Shown: in pieces, positions 1 through 10,378 of the stretch
Layout: each line of letters starts with the position of its first letter
Numbering within the stretch: position 1 is the first letter of the stretch
Source of the DNA: Obrimoposthia wandeli
Lineage: Eukaryota
Length of the DNA stretch: 58,849 nucleotides
Direction of reading: 5' to 3'
Assembly: GCA_977020255.1 (NCBI GenBank)
Contig: CDROCS010001564.1
Span: 62,001-120,849 of the forward strand
Notes under the pieces: generated by a model
Database searches by the model: none
The model's input: the letters and a program-made list of their open reading frames with translations, nothing else
Told to the model about the DNA's origin: nothing
Made by a program: the position numbers and the translations under genes

Positions 1-242
<242 letters not shown>

Positions 243-259
243 TCAAAGAGGCGAATACT

Positions 260-688
260 ATGACCATGATATCTGTCCATTGTGACATAGTCAGCGCAGA
301 GGAAAGCATTTTCTCTGGGTTGGTAGAAATGGTAGTAGCAGCCGGTGAGTTGGGTGACCTGGGTATTTCCCGTGGTCACGCTGCTTTGCTTACTGCATTG
401 AAGCCAGGTCCGGTTCGCATCATCAAACAAGGTGGTGAGGAAGAAGTGATCTACGTTTCAGGCGGTTATTTAGAAGTTCAGCCAAACAATATATCTGTTT
501 TGGCTGATACCGCCTTGCGTGCTACAGACCTCGATGAGGCTGCAGCATTAGAAGCACAGCAACATGCTCAGAAAGCGTTAGAAAATCAGAGTGCAGACTT
601 TGACTACTCTCGTGCTATGACCCAGTTGGCAGAAGCCGCAGCTCAGTTGCGTACTATCCAGCAGATTCGTAGTAAGTTGAGCAGATAA
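260..688 (+). CDS. atpC: F1 ATP synthase epsilon subunit
   Basis: CDIVSAE...GELGDLGI...[12 protein letters not shown]...SGGYLEVQP; last gene of atp operon. Confidence 0.98.
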   Translation: MTMISVHCDIVSAEESIFSGLVEMVVAAGELGDLGISRGHAALLTALKPGPVRIIKQGGEEEVIYVSGGYLEVQPNNISVLADTALRATDLDEAAALEAQQHAQKALENQSADFDYSRAMTQLAEAAAQLRTIQQIRSKLSR

Positions 689-716
689 TCTAGTTTAACT
701 AGTGATCTTGCTTCAT

Positions 717-753
717 AAAAAACCGGACTCCAGTAATGGGGTTCGGTTTTTTT
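717..753 (+). terminator. Intrinsic terminator of atp operon
   Basis: AAAAAACCGGACTCC-agtaat-GGGGTTCGGTTTTTTT stem-loop with U tract. Confidence 0.85.
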
Positions 754-955
754 ATGTCTTTAAGAAATGCAAGCTTAGAAGTAAATGCTAATGAACTTTG
801 CATCTATCAAGTGTAATAATTCAGTGTTAAGTTGATACAAATTAACCTGCGTATGAAAAAAGCTAAGATTTCGAATCTTATACATTATGAATAATGTAAG
901 GGTGTGATTACTTTAATAAACATGTATTTTTCAGTTTTATAATAATGCCTATTTC

Positions 956-1414
956 ATGCGGGAGGTATATATCGAAATGGTGATGATATGGGTTATATCT
1001 GCTATACCAATGGTTATTGTTAATGCTCTTTTAATCATGCAGTTAATAGGATTTTCACTTACTGGTGACTTTCATACTCAGATTGAAATTATTTGGGTAC
1101 TGTATTTATTCTTAATTATTTATGCCGTCATTCAGCATCGCTCTATATATAGATTATTGATGAATAGAAAATCTTCTAAACCGCGACTAATACCGGAGTA
1201 CTTTTATTACATACGGCATAACATTTCATTAGTATGGAATAGAAAGTTTAATTTACTTGAAACAGTTTGGAGGTACTTATTTTTTGTCTACTTTAATGTT
1301 CTATTGTTTTGGTTACTAGATTTTAAAGTAATTTCTTTAGCGGCTCTTATCTTGGTTTATATTCCAGTAGTACTAAAATCATACGCTCTGTTTTTAGTAA
1401 CAAGGAAGAAATAG
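956..1414 (+). CDS. AT-rich hypothetical integral membrane protein (about 4 TM segments)
   Basis: 152-aa ORF with hydrophobic stretches; visibly AT-richer than flanking genes; no family recognised. Confidence 0.6.
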   Translation: MREVYIEMVMIWVISAIPMVIVNALLIMQLIGFSLTGDFHTQIEIIWVLYLFLIIYAVIQHRSIYRLLMNRKSSKPRLIPEYFYYIRHNISLVWNRKFNLLETVWRYLFFVYFNVLLFWLLDFKVISLAALILVYIPVVLKSYALFLVTRKK

Positions 1415-1992
1415 TGTATTACGTATTATATTTTGTTGTGATCATCACTACATTATGGAATGAAGTTTTGAATGATCCACCGACATATTATCACTTTCAA
1501 AGTAGATTGATAAAAATAGACTCTGTTGAATTATTAATCTCAATAGATAGTTATATCCTTGGTATTAAATATGCTTCTCGGAAGATTGAAATCTCTGAAG
1601 GTTTCGAAAATAAACTCTCAAATGGTTTACTAAGGCTGTCACAGTTGAAAAGTGATAAATATGAATATTTAGATAGTGATTTATCGGTAATAGAAGAAAA
1701 TGTAAACTTTGATTTGTTGCTGAATATCGAAAATAGTTACCCAGAATATAAATTAAATGCAGACGTTAAAAATATTAAACCGGACTTTAGTGAAAGTTTA
1801 AACGTTTCTATTCGATATTTTGATAAAGAAGAATCAATTTTTGATAAGCATCTAGTTGCTCCTCATTACCCTGACTATTTTTGTAGAAGAGATGATTTTG
1901 GGAAGTTTAATGATTTCATTTTCTCCTGCACGCTCGAAAAAGGCCTTTTTCTTTCGGGGTATGAAACAATATTACGAAAGTTTTATGAGTAG
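1414..1992 (+). CDS. AT-rich hypothetical protein with N-terminal hydrophobic anchor
   Basis: GTG start overlaps the upstream TAG (TAGTG), suggesting translational coupling; no family recognised. Confidence 0.6.
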   Translation: MYYVLYFVVIITTLWNEVLNDPPTYYHFQSRLIKIDSVELLISIDSYILGIKYASRKIEISEGFENKLSNGLLRLSQLKSDKYEYLDSDLSVIEENVNFDLLLNIENSYPEYKLNADVKNIKPDFSESLNVSIRYFDKEESIFDKHLVAPHYPDYFCRRDDFGKFNDFIFSCTLEKGLFLSGYETILRKFYE

Positions 1993-2112
1993 TTGTTTTG
2001 ATTATGTAATTTAACTGCATTGGCTATTAACTTGAAGAGATAAATACCAATAGGTGAGGTTAATTATTCACACAGAATTTGAAGTGTAAAAATAATCGAT
2101 TATCTTAATTAG

Positions 2113-2286
2113 ACTATAGCGCAAAACACATCAAAAACGCTCAGAAAAATAGTAGGCCTGCGTAATATTGCAGTTCATGATTACCAAGCCTTAAATATAG
2201 ATATTGTCATTGCGGTAGTGAAGCATCACTTAACAGACTTCGAGCTATTTTGCGCAGAGATCAAAGTATTAAAGCAGCAAGACTAG
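2113..2286 (+). pseudogene. hepT: C-terminal remnant of a HepT (DUF86, HEPN RNase) toxin
   Basis: My translation: TIAQNTSKTLRKIVGLRNIAVHDYQALNIDIVIAVVKHHLTDFELFCAEIKVLKQQD*; has the RX4HXY motif; in-frame TAG at 2110-2112 and no start codon. Confidence 0.85.
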
Positions 2287-2297
2287 CCTTATTTATG

Positions 2298-2897
2298 TTA
2301 ACTGGGCGCTTGATGAATCAGTTCATCCGACCAAGCATCCAGTACCTTTCTAAAAGGCTTATCGAGCAACTCTAAATCAAACTGATCGAAAAGATTTTTA
2401 ATCTCTAATCCCAGTTCCGTATCCCCAGTAATCTTCAATTTACGATTAAAGAATAAGGTATCAGGATCGACCTTTTGTGATGCCATCAATACCAGGGCAT
2501 CCACAGACGCACTGAAAACCACATCAGGTTCTGTGCTGATCGATAAGGACTCAGCTTTGTCCATCATCACCAACTGTTGGCCTATTTTAGTGAAATACCA
2601 CTTTGCAGATAAATCTTTAATTTCAACTTCAACAACCTTGTCATTTAAAAAGTCGATCTCTCCATCCTCCATAAATGGCTGACTTAAGCGTTTAACTTGA
2701 TGTAAGACAAAGTAGTTCTCGACCTTAGTCGGCATAATCTTGTGCGCTACCGATAGCAGTGAAGCAGAATTTTCTACGATCTTTTGCTTAGCCCTCTTTA
2801 ATATTCGGCTTTCTTGTAGAAGGCGGATTGGTATTGCTTCATTAAGTAAAACACTATTTAAAACAGCCCTATTTGGCATCAGTTTTTGTAATAACAT
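2298..2897 (-). CDS. ubiT: SCP2-domain accessory factor of O2-independent ubiquinone synthesis
   Basis: GEIDFL...DPDTLFFNRKLKITGDTELGLEIKNL; divergent from ubiUV. Confidence 0.9.
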   Translation of the reverse strand: MLLQKLMPNRAVLNSVLLNEAIPIRLLQESRILKRAKQKIVENSASLLSVAHKIMPTKVENYFVLHQVKRLSQPFMEDGEIDFLNDKVVEVEIKDLSAKWYFTKIGQQLVMMDKAESLSISTEPDVVFSASVDALVLMASQKVDPDTLFFNRKLKITGDTELGLEIKNLFDQFDLELLDKPFRKVLDAWSDELIHQAPS

Positions 2898-2963
2898 AAA
2901 AGATCCACACGGCTCAAGGAGTTAGAATTTGAGTTTAGTCTACTGGACCTTGTTGTTGATGCC

Positions 2964-2977
2964 TTAACCAAGATCAA
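2964..2977. promoter_or_regulatory. FNR/Anr-like box in the ubiT-ubiU divergent promoter
   Basis: TTAAC-CAAG-ATCAA vs consensus TTGAT-N4-ATCAA; extra TTGAT half-site at 2956-2960; E. coli ubiTUV is FNR-controlled. Confidence 0.55.
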
Positions 2978-3027
2978 GAAACAGTATGGCGTTTTTAGGA
3001 ACTCTATAAGGCTAATATGGAATTGAT

Positions 3028-4020
3028 ATGGAACTATTAAGTCCCGCAGGCAGTTTACCTGCCCTTAAGGCGGCAGTTGATGAAGGCGCCGATGCGATTT
3101 ATCTCGGTCTAAAAGATGATACCAATGCGCGTCACTTCGCAGGTCTAAACTTTACCGATAAAACGATGGCTCAAGGGGTTAACTACGCCCATGATCGGAA
3201 TCGCCGAGTACATGTTGCGGTGAATACCTTTGCTCATCCAGACCGTAGTCAGGCCTGGTTCGACGCGGTAAAGAAGACTCATGATATGGGAGCTGATGTA
3301 TTAATAGCTTCTAATATCGCCGTTTTAGAATATGCCGCGACTCATTATCCTGATCTCGAATTACACCTATCCGTGCAAGCGGCCGCGACCAATGTAGCCG
3401 CGATTAACTTCTTCAAACAATTTGGTGTAAGCCGAGTTGTTTTACCCCGTGTGCTTTCTTATCAGCAGGTCGCCAATCTTGCTAAAGATACGGATATAGA
3501 ATTAGAAGTTTTTGCCTTTGGCAGTCTTTGCATCATGGCTGAGGGGCGCTGCTACCTATCGTCTTATATGACGGGAGAGTCTCCTAATACTGTAGGCGCT
3601 TGTTCTCCGGCTAAATTTGTTCGCTGGCAAGAAACGGATCAAGGATTAGAAAGTCGCTTAAACGATGTCTTGATCGATCGTTTTGCTGAAGGGGAAAACG
3701 CCGGTTATCCCACCTTATGCAAAGGCCGCTTCAATGTCGAAGGGGAAGTAACCCACGCCTTAGAGGAACCCACTAGTTTAAATACCTTAAGCCTATTACC
3801 TCAGCTGAATAATATCGGCATCAGTGCCTTGAAGATCGAAGGTCGTCAGCGTAGCCCAGCTTATACCCGACAAGTAACTAAGACTTGGCGCGCAGCGATT
3901 GATGCAATGAAGAAAAGCCCTGAAACTTTCAAAGTGCAGAAAGAGTGGGATCAATGTTTGAGTAGTTTGTCGGAAGGTTCGCAAACCACCTTAGGCGCTT
4001 ATGAACGGACTTGGCAATAA
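3028..4020 (+). CDS. ubiU: U32-family O2-independent ubiquinone hydroxylase subunit
   Basis: MELLSPAGSLPALKAAVDEGADAIY; Fe-S cysteines in FGSLCIMAEGRCYLSSY, GACSP, YPTLCKGRF; KIEGRQRSPAY. Confidence 0.95.
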   Translation: MELLSPAGSLPALKAAVDEGADAIYLGLKDDTNARHFAGLNFTDKTMAQGVNYAHDRNRRVHVAVNTFAHPDRSQAWFDAVKKTHDMGADVLIASNIAVLEYAATHYPDLELHLSVQAAATNVAAINFFKQFGVSRVVLPRVLSYQQVANLAKDTDIELEVFAFGSLCIMAEGRCYLSSYMTGESPNTVGACSPAKFVRWQETDQGLESRLNDVLIDRFAEGENAGYPTLCKGRFNVEGEVTHALEEPTSLNTLSLLPQLNNIGISALKIEGRQRSPAYTRQVTKTWRAAIDAMKKSPETFKVQKEWDQCLSSLSEGSQTTLGAYERTWQ

Positions 4021-4029
4021 GGAGTGGGT

Positions 4030-4902
4030 ATGGAATTTTCGATGGGTAATATCCAATTTTATTGGGATAAAGAAACGACATCCGACTTCTACCAAAAAGT
4101 TGCAGATTCAAGTGTTGAACATGTTTATCTAGGTGAGTCCGTTTGTTCAAAGCGGCGTGAACTCAGGCTGGATGATTGGATTGAGATAGGCCGTGAGCTA
4201 ACGAGTAAAGGCAAGTCTGTAGTGCTTTCGAGCCTCGCGTTATTGGAAGCTAAAAGTGAATTAGCAACGCTAAAGAAGGTATGCCTAAACGGTGAACTGA
4301 AAGTTGAGGCTAATGACTTTGGTGCGATAGAGATTTTATCTGAAGCTAAGATTCCCTTTATTGCGGGTGCGGCACTGAATATTTATAACCAGCATGATTT
4401 AAAAGTCTTATTAGATCGTGGTATGCAGCGTTGGGTCATTCCGGTTGAGTTATCCAGAGACTGGTTAGTGAATGTGATTGCGGGTTGCGAAGAACTGGGC
4501 ATTCGTGAACAGATAGAAACCGAAGTTTATGGTTATGGCTATTTGCCGTTAGCGTATTCAGCACGTTGTTTTACCGCGCGTTCGGAAGACAGGCCGAAAG
4601 ATCAATGTGCCCTTTGCTGCATTAAATATCCCGAAGGTCGCAAGATCGATAGTCAGGAAGGTTTGGAGCTGTTCCGTATGAATGGCATTCAAACCATGTC
4701 GGGCTCAATTCAAAACTTAATCAATGATTTACCCTCTATGGAAAGTTTAGTGGACATAGTACGAATTAGTCCACATTCGATGGAGGCGATTGATTGGGTT
4801 GATAAGTTTAGGAATGCTTTAGAGGATAAAACTCGTATTCCTCTAGAAGGCTTCTGCAATGGTTATTGGCATAAAATAGAAGGTATGAAGGCGATTCAAT
4901 AA
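4030..4902 (+). CDS. ubiV: U32-family O2-independent ubiquinone hydroxylase subunit
   Basis: YLGESVCSKRR; PLAYSARCFTAR; QCALCC; ends FCNGYWH. Confidence 0.95.
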   Translation: MEFSMGNIQFYWDKETTSDFYQKVADSSVEHVYLGESVCSKRRELRLDDWIEIGRELTSKGKSVVLSSLALLEAKSELATLKKVCLNGELKVEANDFGAIEILSEAKIPFIAGAALNIYNQHDLKVLLDRGMQRWVIPVELSRDWLVNVIAGCEELGIREQIETEVYGYGYLPLAYSARCFTARSEDRPKDQCALCCIKYPEGRKIDSQEGLELFRMNGIQTMSGSIQNLINDLPSMESLVDIVRISPHSMEAIDWVDKFRNALEDKTRIPLEGFCNGYWHKIEGMKAIQ

Positions 4903-4953
4903 TGCGAGATAGCCTTAAAATTGCCTAGTACCCTTTAGCAGCAACTAAAGCGA

Positions 4954-5889
4954 TTAGCCGTCTTGGTTAATTCGCTTTGTTAGTTCACTTAAAACATCAG
5001 AGTACTTGTCATTATTTACCTGACAGGTCCCTGCATTTCTATGACCGCCACCTTCATGCTCTAGGCAAAGTTCACCGATATGGGTTTTATGACTGCGGTT
5101 GATAATTGAACCGCCAATAGCGAATACTGTATTTTGCTTTTTCAGACCCCAGAGGACGTGGATTGAAATGTTCTGCTCAGGAAAAAGGGCATAAATCATA
5201 AAGCGGTTACCCGCATAGATGATTTCTTCATCACGTAAATCTAATACGACTAAATTATTATGCACAGAGGTACAGCGTTTTAATTGATCTTCAAATTGCT
5301 GTCGGTGGCTATTGTAGAGTTCGACCCTTTCTTTGACGTCTTCTAATTGTAAAATTTGCTCGATGTTATGGTCACGGCAATAATCAATAAGTTCCATCAT
5401 GAGCTGATAGTTGCTGACGCGGAATTCACGGAAACGGCCTAAACCCGTACGGGAATCCATCAAAAAGTTGAGTAATACCCAATCCTTCGGGTGAAGAATC
5501 TCTTCTTTACTAAACTGCGCAGAGTCGGATTTATCGACAGCATCCATCATCTCAACTGAGATTTCAGGGAAGCGTGTTCCACCGCCGTAATAATCGTAAA
5601 CAACGCGTGCCGCAGATGGGGCATCAACATCTATAATATGATTATCGGGATCGTTATCACCACGGCGTTTTATTTCGGATGCATGGTGGTCAAAGCTTAA
5701 ATGGCAGCCAGCAACATAAGGCAAGTTGGTGGTGATATCGTTGGCGCCAATATCAATAATGCCATCTTGCATATCTTTGGGATGAACAAAGAGAATGTCG
5801 TCGATCATCCCCAAGTCCTTGAAAAGAACGGCACAGACTAGGCCATCAAAATCACTGCGTGTTACTAACCGAAACTGTTGTTTTGCCAC
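4954..5889 (-). CDS. DHH-family phosphoesterase (exopolyphosphatase/nanoRNase-like)
   Basis: RSDFDG, FDHH and GGGHRNAGT motifs; GTG at 5889 preceded by GGAGAG. Confidence 0.85.
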   Translation of the reverse strand: MAKQQFRLVTRSDFDGLVCAVLFKDLGMIDDILFVHPKDMQDGIIDIGANDITTNLPYVAGCHLSFDHHASEIKRRGDNDPDNHIIDVDAPSAARVVYDYYGGGTRFPEISVEMMDAVDKSDSAQFSKEEILHPKDWVLLNFLMDSRTGLGRFREFRVSNYQLMMELIDYCRDHNIEQILQLEDVKERVELYNSHRQQFEDQLKRCTSVHNNLVVLDLRDEEIIYAGNRFMIYALFPEQNISIHVLWGLKKQNTVFAIGGSIINRSHKTHIGELCLEHEGGGHRNAGTCQVNNDKYSDVLSELTKRINQDG

Positions 5890-5991
5890 ATTGCTCTCCA
5901 AAACTCTGCTCTTAAAAACTAAGACTCTTTCGATTTAGCATAGACGGTTATTTCTAAATAGCAGGTATTTATCCACGAGTTTTAACGTTGC

Positions 5992-6726
5992 TTATAAGGC
6001 ATTCCACAAAGTATCGAACATCATTTGGTGCGTTCCAGAGATTGCCTCGCTATCAATAACAACAGCCACCGGAAAATCATTCTTAGTTAGGCTGATCATG
6101 GCAACCTTAGGTGGATAAATGGCAATATATGAAGCGTCGCCTTCACCTTTCATCCATTTACGCTCTGCTAGCTCTGCTTCGTCGCCGCCTTCACCAATGG
6201 CGAGTACACGAACAAAAATGCCTTTTGAGATACGTTGTTTAGTGAAGGTTGGGAAGGGGCGGTATAGATGCTCACGCAATGCTTGAGTAGAAATGACAGA
6301 GTAAGATTTATCCGCTTTGTCGGTAGAGTTGAGAATGTCTTTCAATACATATTCAACACCTTCATCCCCTTCGTAGAAGCGAACATTACTGGTCGCAAAC
6401 TCGGGCTTCAGGTGACGAAGTGCAGGAATAATTTCAGTCTTTAAGCTGATGAGGGTAGCCTCAAGTTCTTGCTGTTTTTCTTCAGCCAGAGCTAATAATC
6501 GTGAAGGATCTTCCGCCTGGAAAATGCGACGTTTACCTTTGGGTAAATAGTTAACAATGCCCTTTTTAACGAGTACTTTAAGGGTTTCGTAAGTACTGCC
6601 CCGGTTGATGCTCGATTTTTCAGCTAAATCTCGGATGGATGCTGGACCTAGCTCTAGTAGGGCAAGATAAATAGCAATTTCTCGATCACTGAGGTCGAGA
6701 GATTTTAGTGATGATAAATTCATCAT
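5992..6726 (-). CDS. TrmB-family transcriptional regulator (wHTH plus effector domain)
   Basis: LSDREIAIYLALLELG...INRGSTYETLKVLVKKGIV HTH; VRFYEGDEGV linker motif. Confidence 0.85.
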   Translation of the reverse strand: MMNLSSLKSLDLSDREIAIYLALLELGPASIRDLAEKSSINRGSTYETLKVLVKKGIVNYLPKGKRRIFQAEDPSRLLALAEEKQQELEATLISLKTEIIPALRHLKPEFATSNVRFYEGDEGVEYVLKDILNSTDKADKSYSVISTQALREHLYRPFPTFTKQRISKGIFVRVLAIGEGGDEAELAERKWMKGEGDASYIAIYPPKVAMISLTKNDFPVAVVIDSEAISGTHQMMFDTLWNAL

Positions 6727-6797
6727 GTGTCCTATTAAGCGGTCAAATAATAATGGCTGATAGCCTATGATAGTAGATATATCATTTATTGTTAATC

Positions 6798-6820
6798 ATT
6801 GTCATTTTTTTTGTGACAAT
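6798..6820. promoter_or_regulatory. Palindromic operator candidate between the TrmB-type gene and glmU
   Basis: Perfect inverted repeat ATTGTCA-N9-TGACAAT in an AT-rich divergent intergenic region. Confidence 0.5.
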
Positions 6821-6949
6821 TAATATTGTAAATATAAATTAATTAATTAAAATAATCAGCTATCAAAATTTTATGACATTTGTTGTGTGTTTCAATATTC
6901 AAATAAACAGCAAATATCTATATTCGTTACATGGAAGCAAATAATAATA

Positions 6950-8338
6950 ATGACTATTGATGTCGTAGTACTCGCAGCTGGTCAAGGCTCGCGTATGAAA
7001 TCCCAATTACCGAAAGTCCTTCACCCAATCGCTGGCAAGCCAATGTTGGCACACGTATTAGACAGCGCAAAAGCGATCAATGCGGATGCAATGCATGTGG
7101 TTATTGGTCATGGTGCCGAAAAAGTGAAAGCCGCGTTTGCTAACGAAAAGAACCTAACGTGGGCGATACAAGCCGAGCAAAAAGGCACGGGCCACGCTGT
7201 TATGATGGCTTTGGATTCTTTGGCTGCTGAAGGGACGACGTTAATTCTTTATGGTGATGTTCCGCTAACTCAGCCAGAAACATTGCAAACACTGATTGAA
7301 CTAGCCACTGATAAGCAATTGGGTTTATTAACAGTCAATATGGCCGATAGCACAGGTTATGGCCGTATTGTTCGTGATGCCGATCATAAAGTAATCGCCA
7401 TCGTTGAGCACAAAGATGCCAATGCTGAGCAGCTTTTAATTAAAGAAGTGAATACGGGTATCTTGGCTGTTCCAACCGCCAAACTGCATCAGTGGTTACC
7501 TGAGCTAAGTAACGACAATGCCCAAGGCGAATATTACCTGACAGACATCATTGCAATGGCAGTGAAAAATGGTCTGACGGTAGAAACATTACAGCCTGCT
7601 AATGAGCAAGAAACCTACGGTGTTAATAACCGACAGCAGCAAGCAGAACTTGAACGCTGGTATCAAACTCAGCAAGTAAATGCCTTGATGGCGCAAGGGG
7701 TGACTGTTTTAGACCCTAGTCGTTTGGATATTCGCTTGGGTGCTGCTGCAGATGCGGGTTTGACCGTCGGTAATGATGTTGTCATCGATATAAACGTGAT
7801 CATTGAAGGTCAGGTTGTCCTGGGTGACGGAGTAGAGATTGGTCCTAATTGCATTATCAAAAATTCTACTCTGGCAGCAGGTACTAAAGTTGAAGCCTTC
7901 TCTCATATAGAAGATGCAACGGTGGCGTCTTCGTGTGTAGTCGGCCCTTATGCGCGCTTACGTCCAGGTGCCGATCTTGCTGACGGTGCCAAGGTTGGTA
8001 ACTTCTGTGAAGTGAAAAAATCTCAAATTGGTAAGGGCGCTAAAGTGAATCACCTTACTTATATTGGTGATGCTGTTATTGGTGCGAATGCCAATATCGG
8101 CGCAGGTACCATCACGTGTAATTACGATGGTGTGAATAAATTCAAAACGGAAATTGGTGAAAATGCCTTTATTGGTTCCAATTCTTCGTTAGTAGCCCCA
8201 GTAAAAATTGGTGCTAATGCAACCGTCGCAGCAGGCTCAACAGTCACTAAAGAAGTGGCGGCTGAAGAACTTGCAGTCGCTCGTGGCAAGCAAAGAAATA
8301 TCAGTGGCTGGCAGCGTCCAGTGAAAACTGAAAAATAA
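6950..8338 (+). CDS. glmU: Bifunctional UDP-GlcNAc pyrophosphorylase / GlcN-1-P acetyltransferase
   Basis: [18 protein letters not shown]; hexapeptide repeats; [11 protein letters not shown]; start placed at MTIDVV. Confidence 0.98.
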   Translation: MTIDVVVLAAGQGSRMKSQLPKVLHPIAGKPMLAHVLDSAKAINADAMHVVIGHGAEKVKAAFANEKNLTWAIQAEQKGTGHAVMMALDSLAAEGTTLILYGDVPLTQPETLQTLIELATDKQLGLLTVNMADSTGYGRIVRDADHKVIAIVEHKDANAEQLLIKEVNTGILAVPTAKLHQWLPELSNDNAQGEYYLTDIIAMAVKNGLTVETLQPANEQETYGVNNRQQQAELERWYQTQQVNALMAQGVTVLDPSRLDIRLGAAADAGLTVGNDVVIDINVIIEGQVVLGDGVEIGPNCIIKNSTLAAGTKVEAFSHIEDATVASSCVVGPYARLRPGADLADGAKVGNFCEVKKSQIGKGAKVNHLTYIGDAVIGANANIGAGTITCNYDGVNKFKTEIGENAFIGSNSSLVAPVKIGANATVAAGSTVTKEVAAEELAVARGKQRNISGWQRPVKTEK

Positions 8339-8375
8339 ATAGAAATATACGTTGTATTAAACGGAAGATAAAAAA

Positions 8376-10217
8376 ATGTGCGGAATTGTTGGTGCTATTG
8401 CACAGCGTAATGTTAGTGAAATTTTATTAGAAGGCCTTCGTCGCCTTGAATACCGTGGTTATGATTCCGCGGGATTGGCTATTTTAAATGCAGAGGGTGA
8501 TATTCAGCGCACCCGCGCATTAGGAAAAGTAATCGAATTAGAAAAAGCCATTACCGCCGAAACGGCGGGTGAAGGCTTGGCAGGTACTATCGGTATTGCT
8601 CATACACGTTGGGCAACCCACGGTGTTCCTAGTGAAGCGAATGCGCATCCACACATGTCATCAGACGATGTGGTTTTGGTGCATAACGGCATCATTGAAA
8701 ATTACCAAGATTTAAAAACAGAGCTTAAAGCACAAGGCTATGTGTTTAATTCTGAAACCGATTCAGAAGTTGTTATTCACCTAATTCATCGGGAATTACA
8801 GCAGCACGATTTTGGCCAAGCGGTTAAGAATGCCATCACGCATCTTTCTGGTGCGTTTGCTTTAGCGATTATGCAAAAAGGCAATCAAGATGAACTTTGG
8901 GTTGCTCGCCAAGGTTCTCCGCTAGTGATCGGCGTCGGTATGGCCGAGTTTTATGTTGGCTCAGATCCATTAGCCTTATTACAAGTTACCGACCGCTTTA
9001 TTTATCTTGATGAAGGCGACTTGGCCCACATCACTCGTGAAAAGCTTACGATTCTAGATAAAGATCATAATATTGTTGATCGTGAAATCACCGTATTTGA
9101 TCACAAAATCGGTACCGCGGATAAAGGTGAATATAAGCATTTTATGCTGAAAGAAACCTTCGAACAGCCAACGGTGATTAAGCAATGTTTAGAAGGCCGC
9201 ATTTCAGCAACCAAAGTTTTAGATCAGGCTTTTGGTGTGAGTGCGGGAGAGTTATTAGACAAAGTTGAAGCGGTTCAGATCATTGCTTGTGGTACCAGTT
9301 ACCATTCAGGCATGGTGACAAAGTATTGGATTGAAAAATATGTCGGTATTCTTTGCCAAGTTGAAGTCGCTAGTGAATTCCGTTATCGCCATACTGTATT
9401 AGCTAAAAACACTCTGTTGATTACCATTTCTCAATCAGGTGAAACCGCTGATACGTTAGCCGCTTTACGCAAAGCAAAAGAGAAAGGCATCTTAGCCAGC
9501 ATGGTAGTGTGTAATGTACCGGGATCTTCTTTGGTGCGTGAATCAGACCTTTGCTTAATGACCAATGCGGGCCCTGAAATCGGAGTTGCTTCGACCAAAG
9601 CCTTTACTACTCAGTTAACGTCTTTGTTGCTTCTTACGGTTGCGCTAGCGAAACGTAATGGTATGACTGAAGCGGCTGAAACTGAAATAGTTGAAGCACT
9701 GCATCAATTGCCCGGCTTAGTCGAACAGGCTCTTTTATTGGATCCAGTGATTGAGAAAATGAGTCAGTTATTTGCTGACAAGCACCACAGTTTATTCTTA
9801 GGTCGCGGGCCCATGTTCCCGATCGCCCAAGAAGGCGCTTTAAAGTTAAAAGAGATTTCTTACATTCACGCGGAAGCTTATCCAGCCGGTGAACTGAAGC
9901 ATGGTCCATTAGCCTTGGTCGATGAAGACATGCCGATTGTGACGGTCGCGCCAAAGAATGACTTATTAGAAAAGTTGATTTCTAATTTGGAAGAAGTGAA
10001 AGCTCGCGGCGGTGAGTTGTTTGTATTTGCTGATGAATCTGTGAGCTTGCATGATCTCGATGAGCAGCACTTAGTGTCTTTGCCGACAGTGCCAAGTTGT
10101 CTTGAGCCGATTGTTTATATCGTTCCATTACAGTTGTTGTCTTATCATGTTGCCGTTTTGAAGGGTACTGATGTTGATCAGCCGCGTAACTTAGCGAAAT
10201 CAGTTACCGTCGAATGA
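8376..10217 (+). CDS. glmS: Glutamine-fructose-6-phosphate aminotransferase
   Basis: MCGIVGA N-terminus; [11 protein letters not shown]; ends [15 protein letters not shown]. Confidence 0.99.
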   Translation: MCGIVGAIAQRNVSEILLEGLRRLEYRGYDSAGLAILNAEGDIQRTRALGKVIELEKAITAETAGEGLAGTIGIAHTRWATHGVPSEANAHPHMSSDDVVLVHNGIIENYQDLKTELKAQGYVFNSETDSEVVIHLIHRELQQHDFGQAVKNAITHLSGAFALAIMQKGNQDELWVARQGSPLVIGVGMAEFYVGSDPLALLQVTDRFIYLDEGDLAHITREKLTILDKDHNIVDREITVFDHKIGTADKGEYKHFMLKETFEQPTVIKQCLEGRISATKVLDQAFGVSAGELLDKVEAVQIIACGTSYHSGMVTKYWIEKYVGILCQVEVASEFRYRHTVLAKNTLLITISQSGETADTLAALRKAKEKGILASMVVCNVPGSSLVRESDLCLMTNAGPEIGVASTKAFTTQLTSLLLLTVALAKRNGMTEAAETEIVEALHQLPGLVEQALLLDPVIEKMSQLFADKHHSLFLGRGPMFPIAQEGALKLKEISYIHAEAYPAGELKHGPLALVDEDMPIVTVAPKNDLLEKLISNLEEVKARGGELFVFADESVSLHDLDEQHLVSLPTVPSCLEPIVYIVPLQLLSYHVAVLKGTDVDQPRNLAKSVTVE

Positions 10218-10250
10218 GTGAGATAAAGGTTGATTGAATAATCAATCAGC
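10176..10250 (+). other. attTn7 site, unoccupied
   Basis: glmS 3' end encoding [12 protein letters not shown] is the TnsD recognition site; downstream is a short hairpin and the terminator, no Tn7 end. Confidence 0.6.
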
Positions 10251-10270
10251 TTTCTTATCCCCAGAAACAC

Positions 10271-10300
10271 AAAAGCCCAGTTCAGTGACTGGGCTTTTTT
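10271..10300. terminator. Bidirectional intrinsic terminator after glmS
   Basis: AAAAGCCCAGT-tcagtg-ACTGGGCTTTTTT. Confidence 0.9.
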
Positions 10301-10378
10301 GTATTTCTTACTTTATAAAGCAACCAATTAAAGCTGCATTCATAAAATCAGAATAATGTAATCATTAGCAAGTATCGT

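Noticed and set aside
2092-2103. Perfect 12-bp palindrome ATAATCGATTAT near the hepT junction
   Set aside because: Short and AT-rich; easily arises by chance at this composition
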